Below are positions 45,275-55,506 of a stretch of DNA of 63,795 nt, piece by piece; position 1 is the stretch's first letter, and the number at the start of each line of letters is the position of its first letter. The notes below the pieces were generated by a model. The model worked only from the letters and a program-made list of their open reading frames with translations, did no database searches and was not told the origin of the DNA. The translations under genes and the position numbers were made by a program. Source of the DNA: Planctomycetia bacterium (GTDB lineage: Bacteria; Planctomycetota; Planctomycetia; Pirellulales; PALSA-1355); NCBI GenBank assembly GCA_016200205.1, contig JACQFF010000060.1, positions 1 to 63,795 on the forward strand, read 5' to 3'.

Positions 45275-46255
45275 TCATTCCGGGAACAGTTTCGTCGACA
45301 AATACCGTTCGCCCAAGTCGGGCAGCACCGTCACGATCAGCTTGCCTTTGTTCTCCGGGCGCTTGGCCAGATCCAAGGCGGCCCAGGCGGCGGCGCCGCA
45401 ACTGATGCCGCACATGAAGCCCTCGAGCTTGGCCAATTGCCGCGATGTCTCCATCGCGTCTTCGTCGGTCACGCGGACTACGTCATCGATGATCTTTATA
45501 TTGAGCACGTCCGGAATGAATCCGGCCCCGATGCCTTGAATCATGTGCTTGCCGGGCTTGAGCTCCTGGCCGGCCATTTTTTGCGTGATCACCGGGCTGT
45601 TGACCGGTTCGACGGCCACGATCTTGACGCCCGGCTTGCGGGCTTTGAGCACTTCGCCCACGCCGGTGATCGTGCCGCCGGTGCCGACCCCGGACACGAA
45701 GATGTCAACTTTCCCATCCGTGTCGCGCCAGACTTCCTCGGCCGTGGTCTTGCGGTGGATTTCGGGATTCGCCGGATTCTTGAATTGCTGCGGCATGAAC
45801 CAGTTCTTGTTCTGGGCCAACAGCTCGTCCGCTTTCCGCATCGCGCCGGGCATTCCATCGGCGGCGGGAGTCAGAATCACCTCCACGCCAAATGCCCTCA
45901 GCAGCCGGCGCCGCTCCAGGCTCATGCTCTCGGGCATCGTCACCTTGAGCTTGTAGCCGCGCGCCGCGCAGACAAAAGCCAAGGCAATTCCCGTGTTACC
46001 GCTGGTGGGCTCGATGATCACCGTGTCTTTGTTGATTTTTCCGTCACGCTCGGCCGCGTCGATCATTGAGCGGCCGATGCGATCCTTCACGCTCCACAGC
46101 GGGTTGAAGTTTTCGAGTTTGGCCGCGACCGTCGCCACGCACCCCTCGGTGATTCGCCGCAAACGAACCAAGGGAGTATTCCCAATGCAGCGGGTGATGT
46201 CGTCCCGCATTCCCTTCTCAACAGTCCGAGTTTCCTTCGCAACAGTTGTGGCCAT
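45275..46255 (-). CDS. cysK: Cysteine synthase A (O-acetylserine sulfhydrylase)
   Basis: Motifs [12 protein letters not shown]-lysine region [31 protein letters not shown]. Confidence 0.9.
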   Translation of the reverse strand: MATTVAKETRTVEKGMRDDITRCIGNTPLVRLRRITEGCVATVAAKLENFNPLWSVKDRIGRSMIDAAERDGKINKDTVIIEPTSGNTGIALAFVCAARGYKLKVTMPESMSLERRRLLRAFGVEVILTPAADGMPGAMRKADELLAQNKNWFMPQQFKNPANPEIHRKTTAEEVWRDTDGKVDIFVSGVGTGGTITGVGEVLKARKPGVKIVAVEPVNSPVITQKMAGQELKPGKHMIQGIGAGFIPDVLNIKIIDDVVRVTDEDAMETSRQLAKLEGFMCGISCGAAAWAALDLAKRPENKGKLIVTVLPDLGERYLSTKLFPE

Positions 46256-46489
46256 GTCAAATCCTCTCGAAAAAGAACGGCTGGAGTTTTAGGTTGCGGA
46301 CCTGGGCCGGGCACGGGCGACCGAACTCGGCGACCGTGCCTAAGCTCAAGATTGGAAAAAGATTATATCCCTCGGCCGAAAACCAGGTCAACGCCACGCC
46401 AGCACCGAATGCAGCCGGCACGCTGGGCGCGCCGTGGCCAATTATTGAACAATGTAGCGGCACACCGAGGGTGCCTGCAACGGATCCGC

Positions 46490-47230
46490 TCACGATTGTC
46501 GCTGCGAGAACATCCAGGGAATGACTCCCTTGGGATCGGTATAAGCGGGCGTCCAGCTATCGTGGCCCACTCCGTTTAGCTCCGTGTATTTTGGTTCGCC
46601 GCCGGCCTGGCGGATCGCGTCGATCATCCGCCGGCTCTTGGCCACCGGCACAATCTCGTCGGCATCGCCGTGCCACGCCCAAACCGGCACGCCCACCAGG
46701 CGATCGGCATAAAGCTCATCTCCACCGCCGCAAATTGGGGCCACAGCGGCCCAGCGGTCGGCTAGTCGAGTGCCCAAATCCCAGGCTCCGTATCCGCCCA
46801 TGGATAGCCCGGTCAAATAAAGCCGGCGCTCATCGACCGGAAAGTTCGTTATCACGTCGTCGAAGATGTTGATCACAACCTGCATTTGCGGGCCCGGAGT
46901 TTGGCGCGGCGCTGCGCGATCGAACGCTCGCGGGGTTTCGACCCACAATTTATTCGGCCGGCACTGCGGCACGACCAGAAAACACGGATAATTTTTTCGA
47001 TATTCGCCTTGGGCCATCCACTGGGGCAAGTATTTGGTTTGGCAGCAATTGTCCGTGCCCCGTTCGCCGGCCCCATGCAGAAATAGAAGCAGCGGATATT
47101 TTTCCTTCGCTTGAATCACGTTCGGCTTGAGCAAGCGGTAGCCGAACGATTCGTGCTTGTATTCCCCGCCCGTGTAGACGATCGTCCGCGGCTCGAAAGG
47201 GTGGGTCATATCGTTGTCGACCATTGCCAT
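46490..47230 (-). CDS. Alpha/beta-hydrolase (carboxylesterase / predicted peptidase, COG4099-like)
   Basis: LLLFLHGAGERG, nucleophile elbow GLSMGGYG, and late WHGDAD / GHDSW residues consistent with a Ser-Asp-His triad. Confidence 0.75.
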   Translation of the reverse strand: MAMVDNDMTHPFEPRTIVYTGGEYKHESFGYRLLKPNVIQAKEKYPLLLFLHGAGERGTDNCCQTKYLPQWMAQGEYRKNYPCFLVVPQCRPNKLWVETPRAFDRAAPRQTPGPQMQVVINIFDDVITNFPVDERRLYLTGLSMGGYGAWDLGTRLADRWAAVAPICGGGDELYADRLVGVPVWAWHGDADEIVPVAKSRRMIDAIRQAGGEPKYTELNGVGHDSWTPAYTDPKGVIPWMFSQRQS

Positions 47231-47352
47231 TGGTTCTTCTTCCGAAGTCGCGAGCGCGTCGCATCGCCCGTTCGATGCACACTGGATAGCGGATGAACAG
47301 CCGGTGCGTTCACTTAGAACACGTCTTCAAAACGTTCCGAACGTTGGAATTT

Positions 47353-47421
47353 GGGAGGGCGAAGCTCCCGCTGAGCCAGTTTTATGCCGGGCGAAGAGGC
47401 TCGGCAGGAGCCTCGCCCCCC
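47353..47421. repeat. GC-rich double-hairpin element of the GSAGASPS / RQEPRPP type
   Basis: gggag-ggcgaag-ctccc (47353-47369), then ggcgaagaggctc-ggcag-gagcctcgcc (47390-47417). There is only one copy in this window. I recognise its translated forms as recurrent spurious peptides in planctomycete annotations. Confidence 0.5.
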
Positions 47422-47662
47422 AGTTCCGTAATTTGAACACACGTTCTTAGATTCGGGCGGAGCCAACCAGTAGTGTTTCCAAGACTCACGCGGGCGTCAA
47501 GCAAATGGGCTCGTGGCGGCCGTGCCGTGCGGGGTAGCGGAAAATGTTAAGAATTCACGGACAAACATCCAAACCGCCATTGAACCAGCGGGCTTCAAAA
47601 TAATGGACATGGCGGGGTTTGGGCTGCTAAACTTGACCTGCCCCGCTCATTCCGGAGGTTTT

Positions 47663-49828
47663 ATGTCGATTTCGTCGTGCCCCCAATGTGCCAAACCGAT
47701 TTCATTGCCCTCGGGCGTCAGCAGCAGTGCCAAGGTGCGCTGCCCGCTGTGTCGTTCTCAATACACGCTGGCCGACGCGCTTGTGAACATGCCGCCGTTG
47801 CTGGAAGTGATTGAAGACGCGCCGGTTGGAGCGCCGGGCAACTCGTTCGATCTTCCGGCCGATCGGGGTATCGAGGACAAGCTGGACAATGCGTTGCAAC
47901 ACGAGGCGGCCGAGCCGGTCGATTTGGCTGGTGCGCATGAGGCCCACGAAGAAGCCGCACCTTTGGCCGACCTGGGCCATTCCGAGAGCGCGGAAGAAGA
48001 TCTTTCCTTCGAGGCGCCGGAAATCGAACACGACGATCTGACGATGCAGGAGCAAGACACGGAAATCGAGGACCTCGGCTTCACGACCTCCGACCCGCTC
48101 GTGCGCGAGGCGCCTCCGATTAACGAACATTTCGAGCTCGCGGGACCCGACGAAGAGAGCGTGCTGGATCTCGGCCAGAATGAACCGGCCCACGATGAGC
48201 CGGGGCACGACCCCGCGGCCGACGATGGAATTGAGATCGATTTTGATCACGTTCCTTCGGCCGAAAAACCTGCCGTGACGGGAGAAGTCGAATTCGATTT
48301 TGACGCGCCCGAAGCGGCCGAGGAGGGGGAGGACGAGGTCGCGCTCGACTTTGGCGTACCAGTCGCCGCCCAACCGGCTGCGGGGGAATCGGAAACCGAA
48401 TTGGATTTTGGCGATCCGATCGAGGCCGAGCCCACGCCCGTGGCTGCCGCCGACCAACCGCCTCCCGCCGAGGAAAAGGGTAAGAAGAAAAAGAACAAGC
48501 CGCGCGAGAAGGCGCCGGCGAAGGCGGGTCGGTCAGGTTCTTTGGTGCGGACTTTGGTGAGTCTGGTGGTGTGCAGCGTGGTGGCACTGCCGGTGGCGCT
48601 TTATGGCGTGCTATGGATCAGTCCCGACTACGACTTTTTCGACGTGGGACGCAAACTGCCTGCTTGGGCGCAGCCGGGGAACTTGGCCAAATCGAAGTTC
48701 AACAAACCGATTGCGGTGGCCTCAATTCCCCAACCGGCTCAAGTCGCGCCGCAACAGACCGCCCTAGGGGGTGTCGAACCGGCGCCGGCCGCCGTCGATT
48801 CCGCCGCACAAGGGGCGCCTTCACCGGCTCCCGCGCAAGCTGTCGCTGCCGAACCGGCCCAGGCCGACACGCGCGTCGAGCCGATGCCGCCGGCGGCCGA
48901 TGCGGCCGCGTCAAAATCCGACGATGCTCCGCCCGAGCCGCCGGTGGCGGACGAACCGGCCGTCGGAAACGGCAAGCCGGAAGTAATGCCCGCCGAGACG
49001 CCAAAGAAAACTGGGGGCGACGTCGGAGCCGTGGCCGGCAAACCCGAGCCCGCGCAAGATGCCGCCGAAATGCCCGACGAATCAGCCGCTCCTGTCACCG
49101 ACAAGCCTGTCAAATCCGCCGATAAGACGGCTGCTGATGCCTCGACCGGCGAATTGCCGAGCCCGTTTGACGGTCCAAGTGACGCCAAGCCCGAGGAAAT
49201 GCCGGACCCAGCCGACGCGGGCCAGCCGGCCGAAGCGATCGGTCCCCGCGATGCGGCTCAATTCACGCTGTCCGATCTGGCCACGGCCATGCAAACCGCC
49301 GGAGACGCGAATGAAAAAATGATGGCCGCGCAGAATTCAACGGACAAGGATGCGATCAAGAAAGTCCGCAGTCAATTCTATCTCAGCTTGTACCGCCTGG
49401 CCGAGGTGCTCACGTTCGCCCAAGACGATCCGGCCAATCCGCAATTAAGGAATCAGCGAGAGCAATTGCAGCAAGTTATCATGCAGTTTGCCGAGGACGA
49501 GAAACGCGTTGAGGCTTTGGGTATCAACGCGGGTCGTTGGCTGGGCTATCCCAAGCGGACAGTCTCGGGCATCATGTTGGCCGGAACGGTGCAACATGTG
49601 GAGCAGCTCGGTAAGCTCTATCACATCAAGATGGAACTTGCCTCCGACAAGGAGCCCGTGAGCGTGACGGCCGTGACGCCCGAAAATCCAAAGCTGAAAC
49701 CGAACGATCGGGCGTTGGTATTAGGCAGTATTGTCGAGAATCCGGCTCTGCAGATCGCCGGTTATGAGGGACACGAGGCGGCCGTCGTGTGGAGCGGGAT
49801 GGCGCTGCCAATTCCCGCGGCCCAGTAG
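47663..49828 (+). CDS. Zinc-ribbon, acidic low-complexity, single-TM protein with structured C-terminal domain (hypothetical)
   Basis: GGAGG lies upstream of ATG 47663. The order is CPQC...CPLC, a long Asp/Glu-rich tract, a Lys patch, a TM segment (LVSLVVCSVVALPVALYGVLWI), a Pro/Ala-rich tract, then a non-repetitive ~200-aa C-terminus. Confidence 0.7.
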   Translation: MSISSCPQCAKPISLPSGVSSSAKVRCPLCRSQYTLADALVNMPPLLEVIEDAPVGAPGNSFDLPADRGIEDKLDNALQHEAAEPVDLAGAHEAHEEAAPLADLGHSESAEEDLSFEAPEIEHDDLTMQEQDTEIEDLGFTTSDPLVREAPPINEHFELAGPDEESVLDLGQNEPAHDEPGHDPAADDGIEIDFDHVPSAEKPAVTGEVEFDFDAPEAAEEGEDEVALDFGVPVAAQPAAGESETELDFGDPIEAEPTPVAAADQPPPAEEKGKKKKNKPREKAPAKAGRSGSLVRTLVSLVVCSVVALPVALYGVLWISPDYDFFDVGRKLPAWAQPGNLAKSKFNKPIAVASIPQPAQVAPQQTALGGVEPAPAAVDSAAQGAPSPAPAQAVAAEPAQADTRVEPMPPAADAAASKSDDAPPEPPVADEPAVGNGKPEVMPAETPKKTGGDVGAVAGKPEPAQDAAEMPDESAAPVTDKPVKSADKTAADASTGELPSPFDGPSDAKPEEMPDPADAGQPAEAIGPRDAAQFTLSDLATAMQTAGDANEKMMAAQNSTDKDAIKKVRSQFYLSLYRLAEVLTFAQDDPANPQLRNQREQLQQVIMQFAEDEKRVEALGINAGRWLGYPKRTVSGIMLAGTVQHVEQLGKLYHIKMELASDKEPVSVTAVTPENPKLKPNDRALVLGSIVENPALQIAGYEGHEAAVVWSGMALPIPAAQ

Positions 49829-49871
49829 GTCAACGAATCGGCCGGCGCGTCGTTTTCACGAGGCCTGGTGC

Positions 49872-50921
49872 ATGCCCGAACTGCCTACAGGTGAATCGGC
49901 CGGCGACGACTTGGGCTCCCCGTCCTCGCGCACCGCTCGCGAGCAGTTCGGCTACGTCCTGTCACTTCCGGAACGCGCGGTGCGCACCGGCACGGGTTTG
50001 CTGGGCGGCGTGCTGCGCGAATCGGCTTCGCTGCTGGTACCGCAATCCTTCCAAAGCTCGCGTACCTATACCGTCATGGTGCGGCAAATGCTCGATTTCC
50101 TGGTGCATGACGTGGGCGGAGTTGCCCCAGGCGCGCAGCCCTCGTCGACCGCGGAAGTCGACAGCTACGTGGCTCGCAAGGTGGTTGGCAACTTCGTCGA
50201 CATGGCGGCTTTAGCGACGCTGCACCTCTCGCCCATGATGCTGCTGGCCGCGGTTAGCGACGTGGCCTACGGTTCGCAGGTCTATCTCAAGGAACTGGCC
50301 GACGAACTGAAGTCCCAGGGGATTATCGATGAGCATTCGACGATCGATCACGTGAACGATTTGCTTCAGGCGGTCTCGGGCGCATCGGCCGCGACGGGCG
50401 AAGTCTTCAATACGCCGCCGCTTTCGGTGGATGCGCTTCGGCAGACCATCGACGAAACCCGCGCGGCGATCGCCGCGACCAATCCGGCGCACATCGTGCC
50501 GCAGGCCGAAGTGCATCGATTGTGGGAAGAAATGCGCGAGATTGCCCGGCGTGAACGGGTCGGCATGTTGGCCGTTTCCGGCGCCGCGACGATGCACTCG
50601 TTGGGTAAAATCGCCACCGTTGGCCGCGGCGCGTTGTCGACGGTCAAAGTCGCGGGTACGCTATTTGACAGGCACGTCATCGATTACTATTCGCAAGCCC
50701 TGCGCGAGATTCGGCAAAAGGGTTTGTATGCATCGCTGGCCGAAACCAGCGAGCCGTATATCGCCGCGGTGTGGGAAAACTTTCGAGCCAACCGATCGAC
50801 CGTCACCGAAGATCTGATTTCCGGAAAACTTTTGGGCAGCACATGGCGCGCGGCAAGGAGATGGCTCGGCAGTGAGGGCCAGCGACCCCAAAACGATACC
50901 TCGGCGCCCGAAACACCATGA
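49872..50921 (+). CDS. Hypothetical protein (349 aa)
   Basis: Clean ORF. Its stop overlaps the amidase start (ATGA at 50918-50921). I recognise no domain. Confidence 0.65.
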   Translation: MPELPTGESAGDDLGSPSSRTAREQFGYVLSLPERAVRTGTGLLGGVLRESASLLVPQSFQSSRTYTVMVRQMLDFLVHDVGGVAPGAQPSSTAEVDSYVARKVVGNFVDMAALATLHLSPMMLLAAVSDVAYGSQVYLKELADELKSQGIIDEHSTIDHVNDLLQAVSGASAATGEVFNTPPLSVDALRQTIDETRAAIAATNPAHIVPQAEVHRLWEEMREIARRERVGMLAVSGAATMHSLGKIATVGRGALSTVKVAGTLFDRHVIDYYSQALREIRQKGLYASLAETSEPYIAAVWENFRANRSTVTEDLISGKLLGSTWRAARRWLGSEGQRPQNDTSAPETP

Positions 50922-52498
50922 CCGAAAGCGTATCTCCACCGCGGACGGATCTGATTCGGCTCTCGGCCCGTGAAATGGCCCGACAAATCGCCGCGGGGAG
51001 CATCACGAGCGCGGAATTGATCGACGCGCACATTCGACGCATCGAGGAGGTCAATCCGCGGCTCAATGCCGTGGTGGTGCCGGTCTTCGCGCACGCCCGC
51101 GCCCAAGCCGCCGCGGCCGACGAAGCACGCCGCCGTGGCGAGCCATTGGGACCGTTGCACGGCGTTCCCGTCACGGTCAAAGAGTGCTTTCACGTGGCCG
51201 GGACGCCAGCCACCGAGGGCGTCGGACGTTTTGCGGACGAGATCATGTCGGCCGATAGTCCCCTGGTCGAGCGGTTGCGGCGCGCCGGCGCGATCGTGTT
51301 GGGCAAAACCAATCTGCCGCAATTGATGCTGATTCATGAAACGGAAAACCCGGTCTACGGCAGGACCAACAATCCGTGGAATCTGGAGCGTTCGCCGGGG
51401 GGCAGCAGTGGGGGCGAGGCGGCCATCATTGCCGCGGGCGGATCGCCGCTGGGACTGGCCAACGATCTCGGCGGCAGCATTCGCCAGCCGGCCCATTCGT
51501 GCGGAATTTGCGGGATCAAGCCGACCACGCTGCGGCTCACGAACGCCGGCACGCGCGACAACCTGCACGGCCTGGAAGCCATTCGGCCGCAACCAGGGCC
51601 GCTTGCGCGCAGAGTCGAAGATTTGGTTTTGGCGCTACAGGTTCTAAACGCCAGCGATCCGGAGATGATCGATCTGGAGATCGCGCCGGTGCCCTTGCGA
51701 GATCCGGCGGAGGTGCGGATCAAGAATTTGCGGATCGGCATGTGGACTAACGACCGATTTTTTGCCGCGTCTGGAGCGCTTCGCCGCGCGGTGGCCGAAG
51801 CGGCGGATGTCCTGCGCGGGTTGGGTGCTCACGTGGAACAGTTTGTTCCCCCCGACATCCCGCTGGCCGTGGAATTATTTTTTGCCTTGGCAAGTGCCGA
51901 TGGCGCCGCCGATGCGGCGCGCCTCTTGGGCCGTAGCCCTCGCGACCGGCGGATCAACCGGCTGATCACGTTGTGCCGATTGCCGGCCTGGGTGCGGGCG
52001 ATCATGCGGGGCGGTTTGCAGGCGATCGGCCAACCGCGGACCGCTCAGTTGATCGCGTCGATCGGCAAGCGCAGCGCCGACGAATATTGGCAGCTCTCGG
52101 CAGCGCGGGTCCACTATGCGCAGCGTTTCTTTGCGGCCTGGAATGCCGCTCGCTTGGATGCGGTCATCTGTCCGCCCCACGCGTTGCCGGCGCTGCGACA
52201 CGGCAGCACCGAGCAACTGGCCACCGCGGCCAGCTATTGCTATTGGGCCAATCTGCTGGGCGTGCCCGCTGGTGTGGTGCCGGCCACGCGGGTACGGTCG
52301 GGCGAAGAGAGCGATCGGCCGACGAGCCGCGACATCGTGGACCGGGCGGCCAGCCGGGTCGAGGCCGAAAGCGCCGGTCTGCCGGTCGGCGTCCAGGTCG
52401 CCGCGAAGCCGTGGCGCGAAGACGTGGTGCTAGCGGTCATGGCCGCCTTGGAATCGCATTTCGAAAGTCAAAGCGACTTTCCGCGAACGCCCGTGTGA
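50918..52498 (+). CDS. Amidase-signature family amidase
   Basis: LHGVPVTVKE and the signature GGSSGGEAAIIAAGGSPLGLANDLGGSIRQPA (Ser-cisSer-Lys family). Confidence 0.88.
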   Translation: MTESVSPPRTDLIRLSAREMARQIAAGSITSAELIDAHIRRIEEVNPRLNAVVVPVFAHARAQAAAADEARRRGEPLGPLHGVPVTVKECFHVAGTPATEGVGRFADEIMSADSPLVERLRRAGAIVLGKTNLPQLMLIHETENPVYGRTNNPWNLERSPGGSSGGEAAIIAAGGSPLGLANDLGGSIRQPAHSCGICGIKPTTLRLTNAGTRDNLHGLEAIRPQPGPLARRVEDLVLALQVLNASDPEMIDLEIAPVPLRDPAEVRIKNLRIGMWTNDRFFAASGALRRAVAEAADVLRGLGAHVEQFVPPDIPLAVELFFALASADGAADAARLLGRSPRDRRINRLITLCRLPAWVRAIMRGGLQAIGQPRTAQLIASIGKRSADEYWQLSAARVHYAQRFFAAWNAARLDAVICPPHALPALRHGSTEQLATAASYCYWANLLGVPAGVVPATRVRSGEESDRPTSRDIVDRAASRVEAESAGLPVGVQVAAKPWREDVVLAVMAALESHFESQSDFPRTPV

Positions 52499-52660
52499 AC
52501 CGCTCGTGAACGGTCTGGGGTCCTAAATGGCGATCCCGGAACCGGTTAAGCGGTGATCCGTCGGGTTTACCGTGATTCCGTGCGTCAGATTCGCGGAGCA
52601 AAAAATCATATTTCTGCCAATTGCTAGGGACTGAGCAACCGTTTACAATTGGGGGCTGCT

Positions 52661-52679
52661 GAGAATGAGTCTCAATTAC
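52661..52679. promoter_or_regulatory. Weak Fur-box-like sequence upstream of feoA
   Basis: gagaatgagtctcaattac matches 12/19 positions of the GATAATGATAATCATTATC consensus by my hand alignment. It lies 21 nt upstream of GTG 52700. Confidence 0.15.
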
Positions 52680-52699
52680 ATCCCTAGGAAAGATGAGCC

Positions 52700-52936
52700 G
52701 TGCACGACCTCATTCCCCTCAGTTTGTTGGCGCCGGGGCAGTTGGCCAATGTCTCTCAGGTCATGGGCCGTCCCGACCAGGTACACCGCCTCGAAGAGCT
52801 CGGCCTGCGCGGTGGCGCGGCGATCGAGATGGTGCAAACCGGTAGTCCCTGCATAATCCGCCTGGCCGGCCAGAAGTTGTGCTTTCGCGCCGATGAGCTG
52901 CTGCGCGTGCTGGTTCGGCGCGGGGCCGTGACTTGA
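52700..52936 (+). CDS. feoA: FeoA-domain protein (first of two)
   Basis: SH3-like FeoA pattern: L..L..G....V..V.......RLEELGLRGGAAIEMV......CIIRL.G..L..R. The start is GTG. Confidence 0.75.
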   Translation: MHDLIPLSLLAPGQLANVSQVMGRPDQVHRLEELGLRGGAAIEMVQTGSPCIIRLAGQKLCFRADELLRVLVRRGAVT

Positions 52937-53160
52937 AATTACTGGCAGACTTGAGCGTCGGCTCGCGTGCTCGCGTGCATTCGATCCTGGGCGCGGACGA
53001 GTTGAGTGTGCGACTGTTGGAAATGGGATTGACTCCTGGAGTTGAAGTCGCCGTCGTGGGCACGGCTCCTTTAGGCGATCCCCTAGAACTGGAACTACGC
53101 GGTTATCGACTCAGTGTGCGCCGCACCGAAGCGGCCCGAGTGCAAATCGAACCTCTCTAG
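52933..53160 (+). CDS. feoA: FeoA-domain protein (second of two)
   Basis: LADLSVGSRARVHSI.....SVRLLEMGLTPGVEVAVV..APLGDPLELELRGYRLSVRRTEA. The TTG start overlaps the previous stop by 4 nt. Confidence 0.75.
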   Translation: MKLLADLSVGSRARVHSILGADELSVRLLEMGLTPGVEVAVVGTAPLGDPLELELRGYRLSVRRTEAARVQIEPL

Positions 53161-53208
53161 ACATTGGGAAGCTCCACCAGCGCGGCCGTGTCGCTTCCTC
53201 CCACCGGC

Positions 53209-55485
53209 ATGAAGTCCCCGACCATCGCCCGATCGACGATCACCGTTGCTCTGATTGGCAATCCCAACACGGGCAAGTCGACACTGTTCACGGCGCTGGC
53301 GGGAGTGCGTCAGCGAGTCGGCAACTATCCGGGCGTGACGGTCGAAAAAAAGCTGGGCAGCTTGCACCTCTCTGGGCAGGCTTGCCAAGTGGTCGATCTG
53401 CCCGGCACGTACAGTCTGGCCCCGCGCTCGCCCGACGAAATGGTCGCCGTCGACGTGCTCTTGGGCCGCCGCGCGGACGTGGGCCCGATCGATATCGTGC
53501 TCTCCATCGTCGACGCGAGCAATTTGGAGCGCAATTTGTATCTTGTCAGCCAGGTGCTCGAACTCGGCGTGCCAACCGTGGTGGCGCTCAACATGGTCGA
53601 CATCGCGCGGGCTCGTGGGTTGGCAATCGATGTCGAGCGGCTTAGTACGCAACTGAACGTTCCGGTCGTCGAAGTACAGGCCAACCGCCACCGCGGGATC
53701 GCTGAACTGAAAGCCGCGCTGGTTGCCGCCATATCGTCAAACTCGGCCGTGCCCGAGAGCCCGTTTCCGACGGAATTCCAACGCGAGGTGACGCATTTGC
53801 AAAGTGCGTTGGCCCCGCGGATGCGCGATGAGGAGTCGACTTGCGGCGGTGAAGCGATGCCGCGTTACCTGGTCGAGCGGCTGCTGCTGGATACGAGCGG
53901 TTATTTGCAAAGCGAGCTGCTCGGCAACCACCATTCGCCGGGCGAGGCGGATGTCGCGGCCGAGTTGAAGGCGGCCCGCGGTCGCCTGGCGGCCGCCGGA
54001 TCTCCGGTGCCGGCCGTCGAAGCTCAGGCCCGTTATGCCTGGGTGGCGCAGGTCTTGAAGGGCGTGATTGCGCGTCCCGCCGAGCGGGTGACCACGCGCA
54101 GCGACCGCATTGATCGGATTCTGACGAACAAATTTTGGGGCACGCTGTTGTTTGTCCTGGCCATGCTGCTTGTGTTTTCGTCCGTGTTCGTGGCAGCCGA
54201 GCCGGCAATGAAAGCGATTGACGCGGTCATCGGCAAGCTCGGGCAAGCGGTGGGCGCCGCCATGAGCGAAGGGCCGCTCGAATCGCTGCTGGTTGACGGC
54301 GTCATCGGCGGCGTGGGAAGCGTGCTGGTCTTTCTGCCGCAGATCCTGATGCTGTTCTTCTTTTTGGCCATTTTGGAAGATTGCGGCTACATGGCCCGCG
54401 CCGCATACCTGATGGACAAATTGATGGTTCGCGTGGGACTGAGCGGCAAGTCGTTCATTCCTTTGCTCTCGTCATTCGCCTGCGCGATTCCCGGCGTGAT
54501 GGCCACGCGCGTGATCGAGAATCGCCGCGACCGGCTGACCACGATTCTGGTGGCGCCCTTGATGAGCTGCAGTGCTCGGCTGCCGGTCTACACGGTTTTG
54601 ATTGGCGCGTTCATCCCGCGGCGGACATTTGCCGGCGGATTGTTGCAATTGCAGGGCGTGACGTTGTTCACCTTATATTTGCTGGGCATCGTCACGGCGG
54701 CGCTGGTGGCGCTGGTGCTAAAGAAAACGCTGCTCCGTGGGCCGACTCCGCCCTTCGTGATGGAGCTGCCATCGTACAAGTGGCCCTCGCCCAGCACGGT
54801 GCTCTATCGAATGGGGGAGCGTGGCTGGTCGTTTGTCCGCCGGGCCGGCACGCTGATCCTCGCGGTTTCGGTGATCGTGTGGGCCGCCTCCTACTATCCG
54901 CACAACGCCGAAGTGGTGGAAGAGAACCTCGGACCCGAGCGGGACGCGCTGACGGCACGATTAGTCCAACTCGATACCGGCGCGGCCGAACGCGCCGGAC
55001 TGGAAGATCAAAAAGCCGACATGGACCACGCAATTGCCGCGGCCTACCAACGCCAGAGCATCCTGGGCCGCATGGGGCGCACCATTGAGCCGGCCGTGCG
55101 TCCCTTGGGCTGGGACTGGCGCATTGGCTGCGCGGTGATTGCCTCGTTTCCGGCCCGCGAAGTGGTGATGGGCGCGCTGGGCGTGATTTACAACCTGGGA
55201 AAGGGTTTGGACGTCGGCGACCAAACCGATCAAGATCGGCTGGCGGCCCGAATGCATGCGGCTCGTTGGGATGACAGCCAGGCGCTGGTTTATAATATTC
55301 CCGTGGCGCTGTCGATCATGGTGTTCTTCGCGCTGTGCGCGCAATGTGCTTCGACCCTGGTCGTGATTCGTCGCGAGACGAATAGTTGGCGGTGGCCGGC
55401 TTTTACGTTCATTTACATGACCGCGCTGGCATACCTGGGCGCGCTTGTGACCTATCAAGTCGGGATGCGGCTGCCGCCGTTTTAG
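53209..55485 (+). CDS. feoB: Ferrous iron transporter FeoB
   Basis: G-domain motifs VALIGNPNTGKSTLFTAL and DLPGTYSL, followed by a polytopic membrane domain. I chose ATG 53209 over TTG 53164. Confidence 0.92.
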   Translation: MKSPTIARSTITVALIGNPNTGKSTLFTALAGVRQRVGNYPGVTVEKKLGSLHLSGQACQVVDLPGTYSLAPRSPDEMVAVDVLLGRRADVGPIDIVLSIVDASNLERNLYLVSQVLELGVPTVVALNMVDIARARGLAIDVERLSTQLNVPVVEVQANRHRGIAELKAALVAAISSNSAVPESPFPTEFQREVTHLQSALAPRMRDEESTCGGEAMPRYLVERLLLDTSGYLQSELLGNHHSPGEADVAAELKAARGRLAAAGSPVPAVEAQARYAWVAQVLKGVIARPAERVTTRSDRIDRILTNKFWGTLLFVLAMLLVFSSVFVAAEPAMKAIDAVIGKLGQAVGAAMSEGPLESLLVDGVIGGVGSVLVFLPQILMLFFFLAILEDCGYMARAAYLMDKLMVRVGLSGKSFIPLLSSFACAIPGVMATRVIENRRDRLTTILVAPLMSCSARLPVYTVLIGAFIPRRTFAGGLLQLQGVTLFTLYLLGIVTAALVALVLKKTLLRGPTPPFVMELPSYKWPSPSTVLYRMGERGWSFVRRAGTLILAVSVIVWAASYYPHNAEVVEENLGPERDALTARLVQLDTGAAERAGLEDQKADMDHAIAAAYQRQSILGRMGRTIEPAVRPLGWDWRIGCAVIASFPAREVVMGALGVIYNLGKGLDVGDQTDQDRLAARMHAARWDDSQALVYNIPVALSIMVFFALCAQCASTLVVIRRETNSWRWPAFTFIYMTALAYLGALVTYQVGMRLPPF

Positions 55486-55506
55486 GTGGGGGCGCGGAGT
55501 GCAAGC

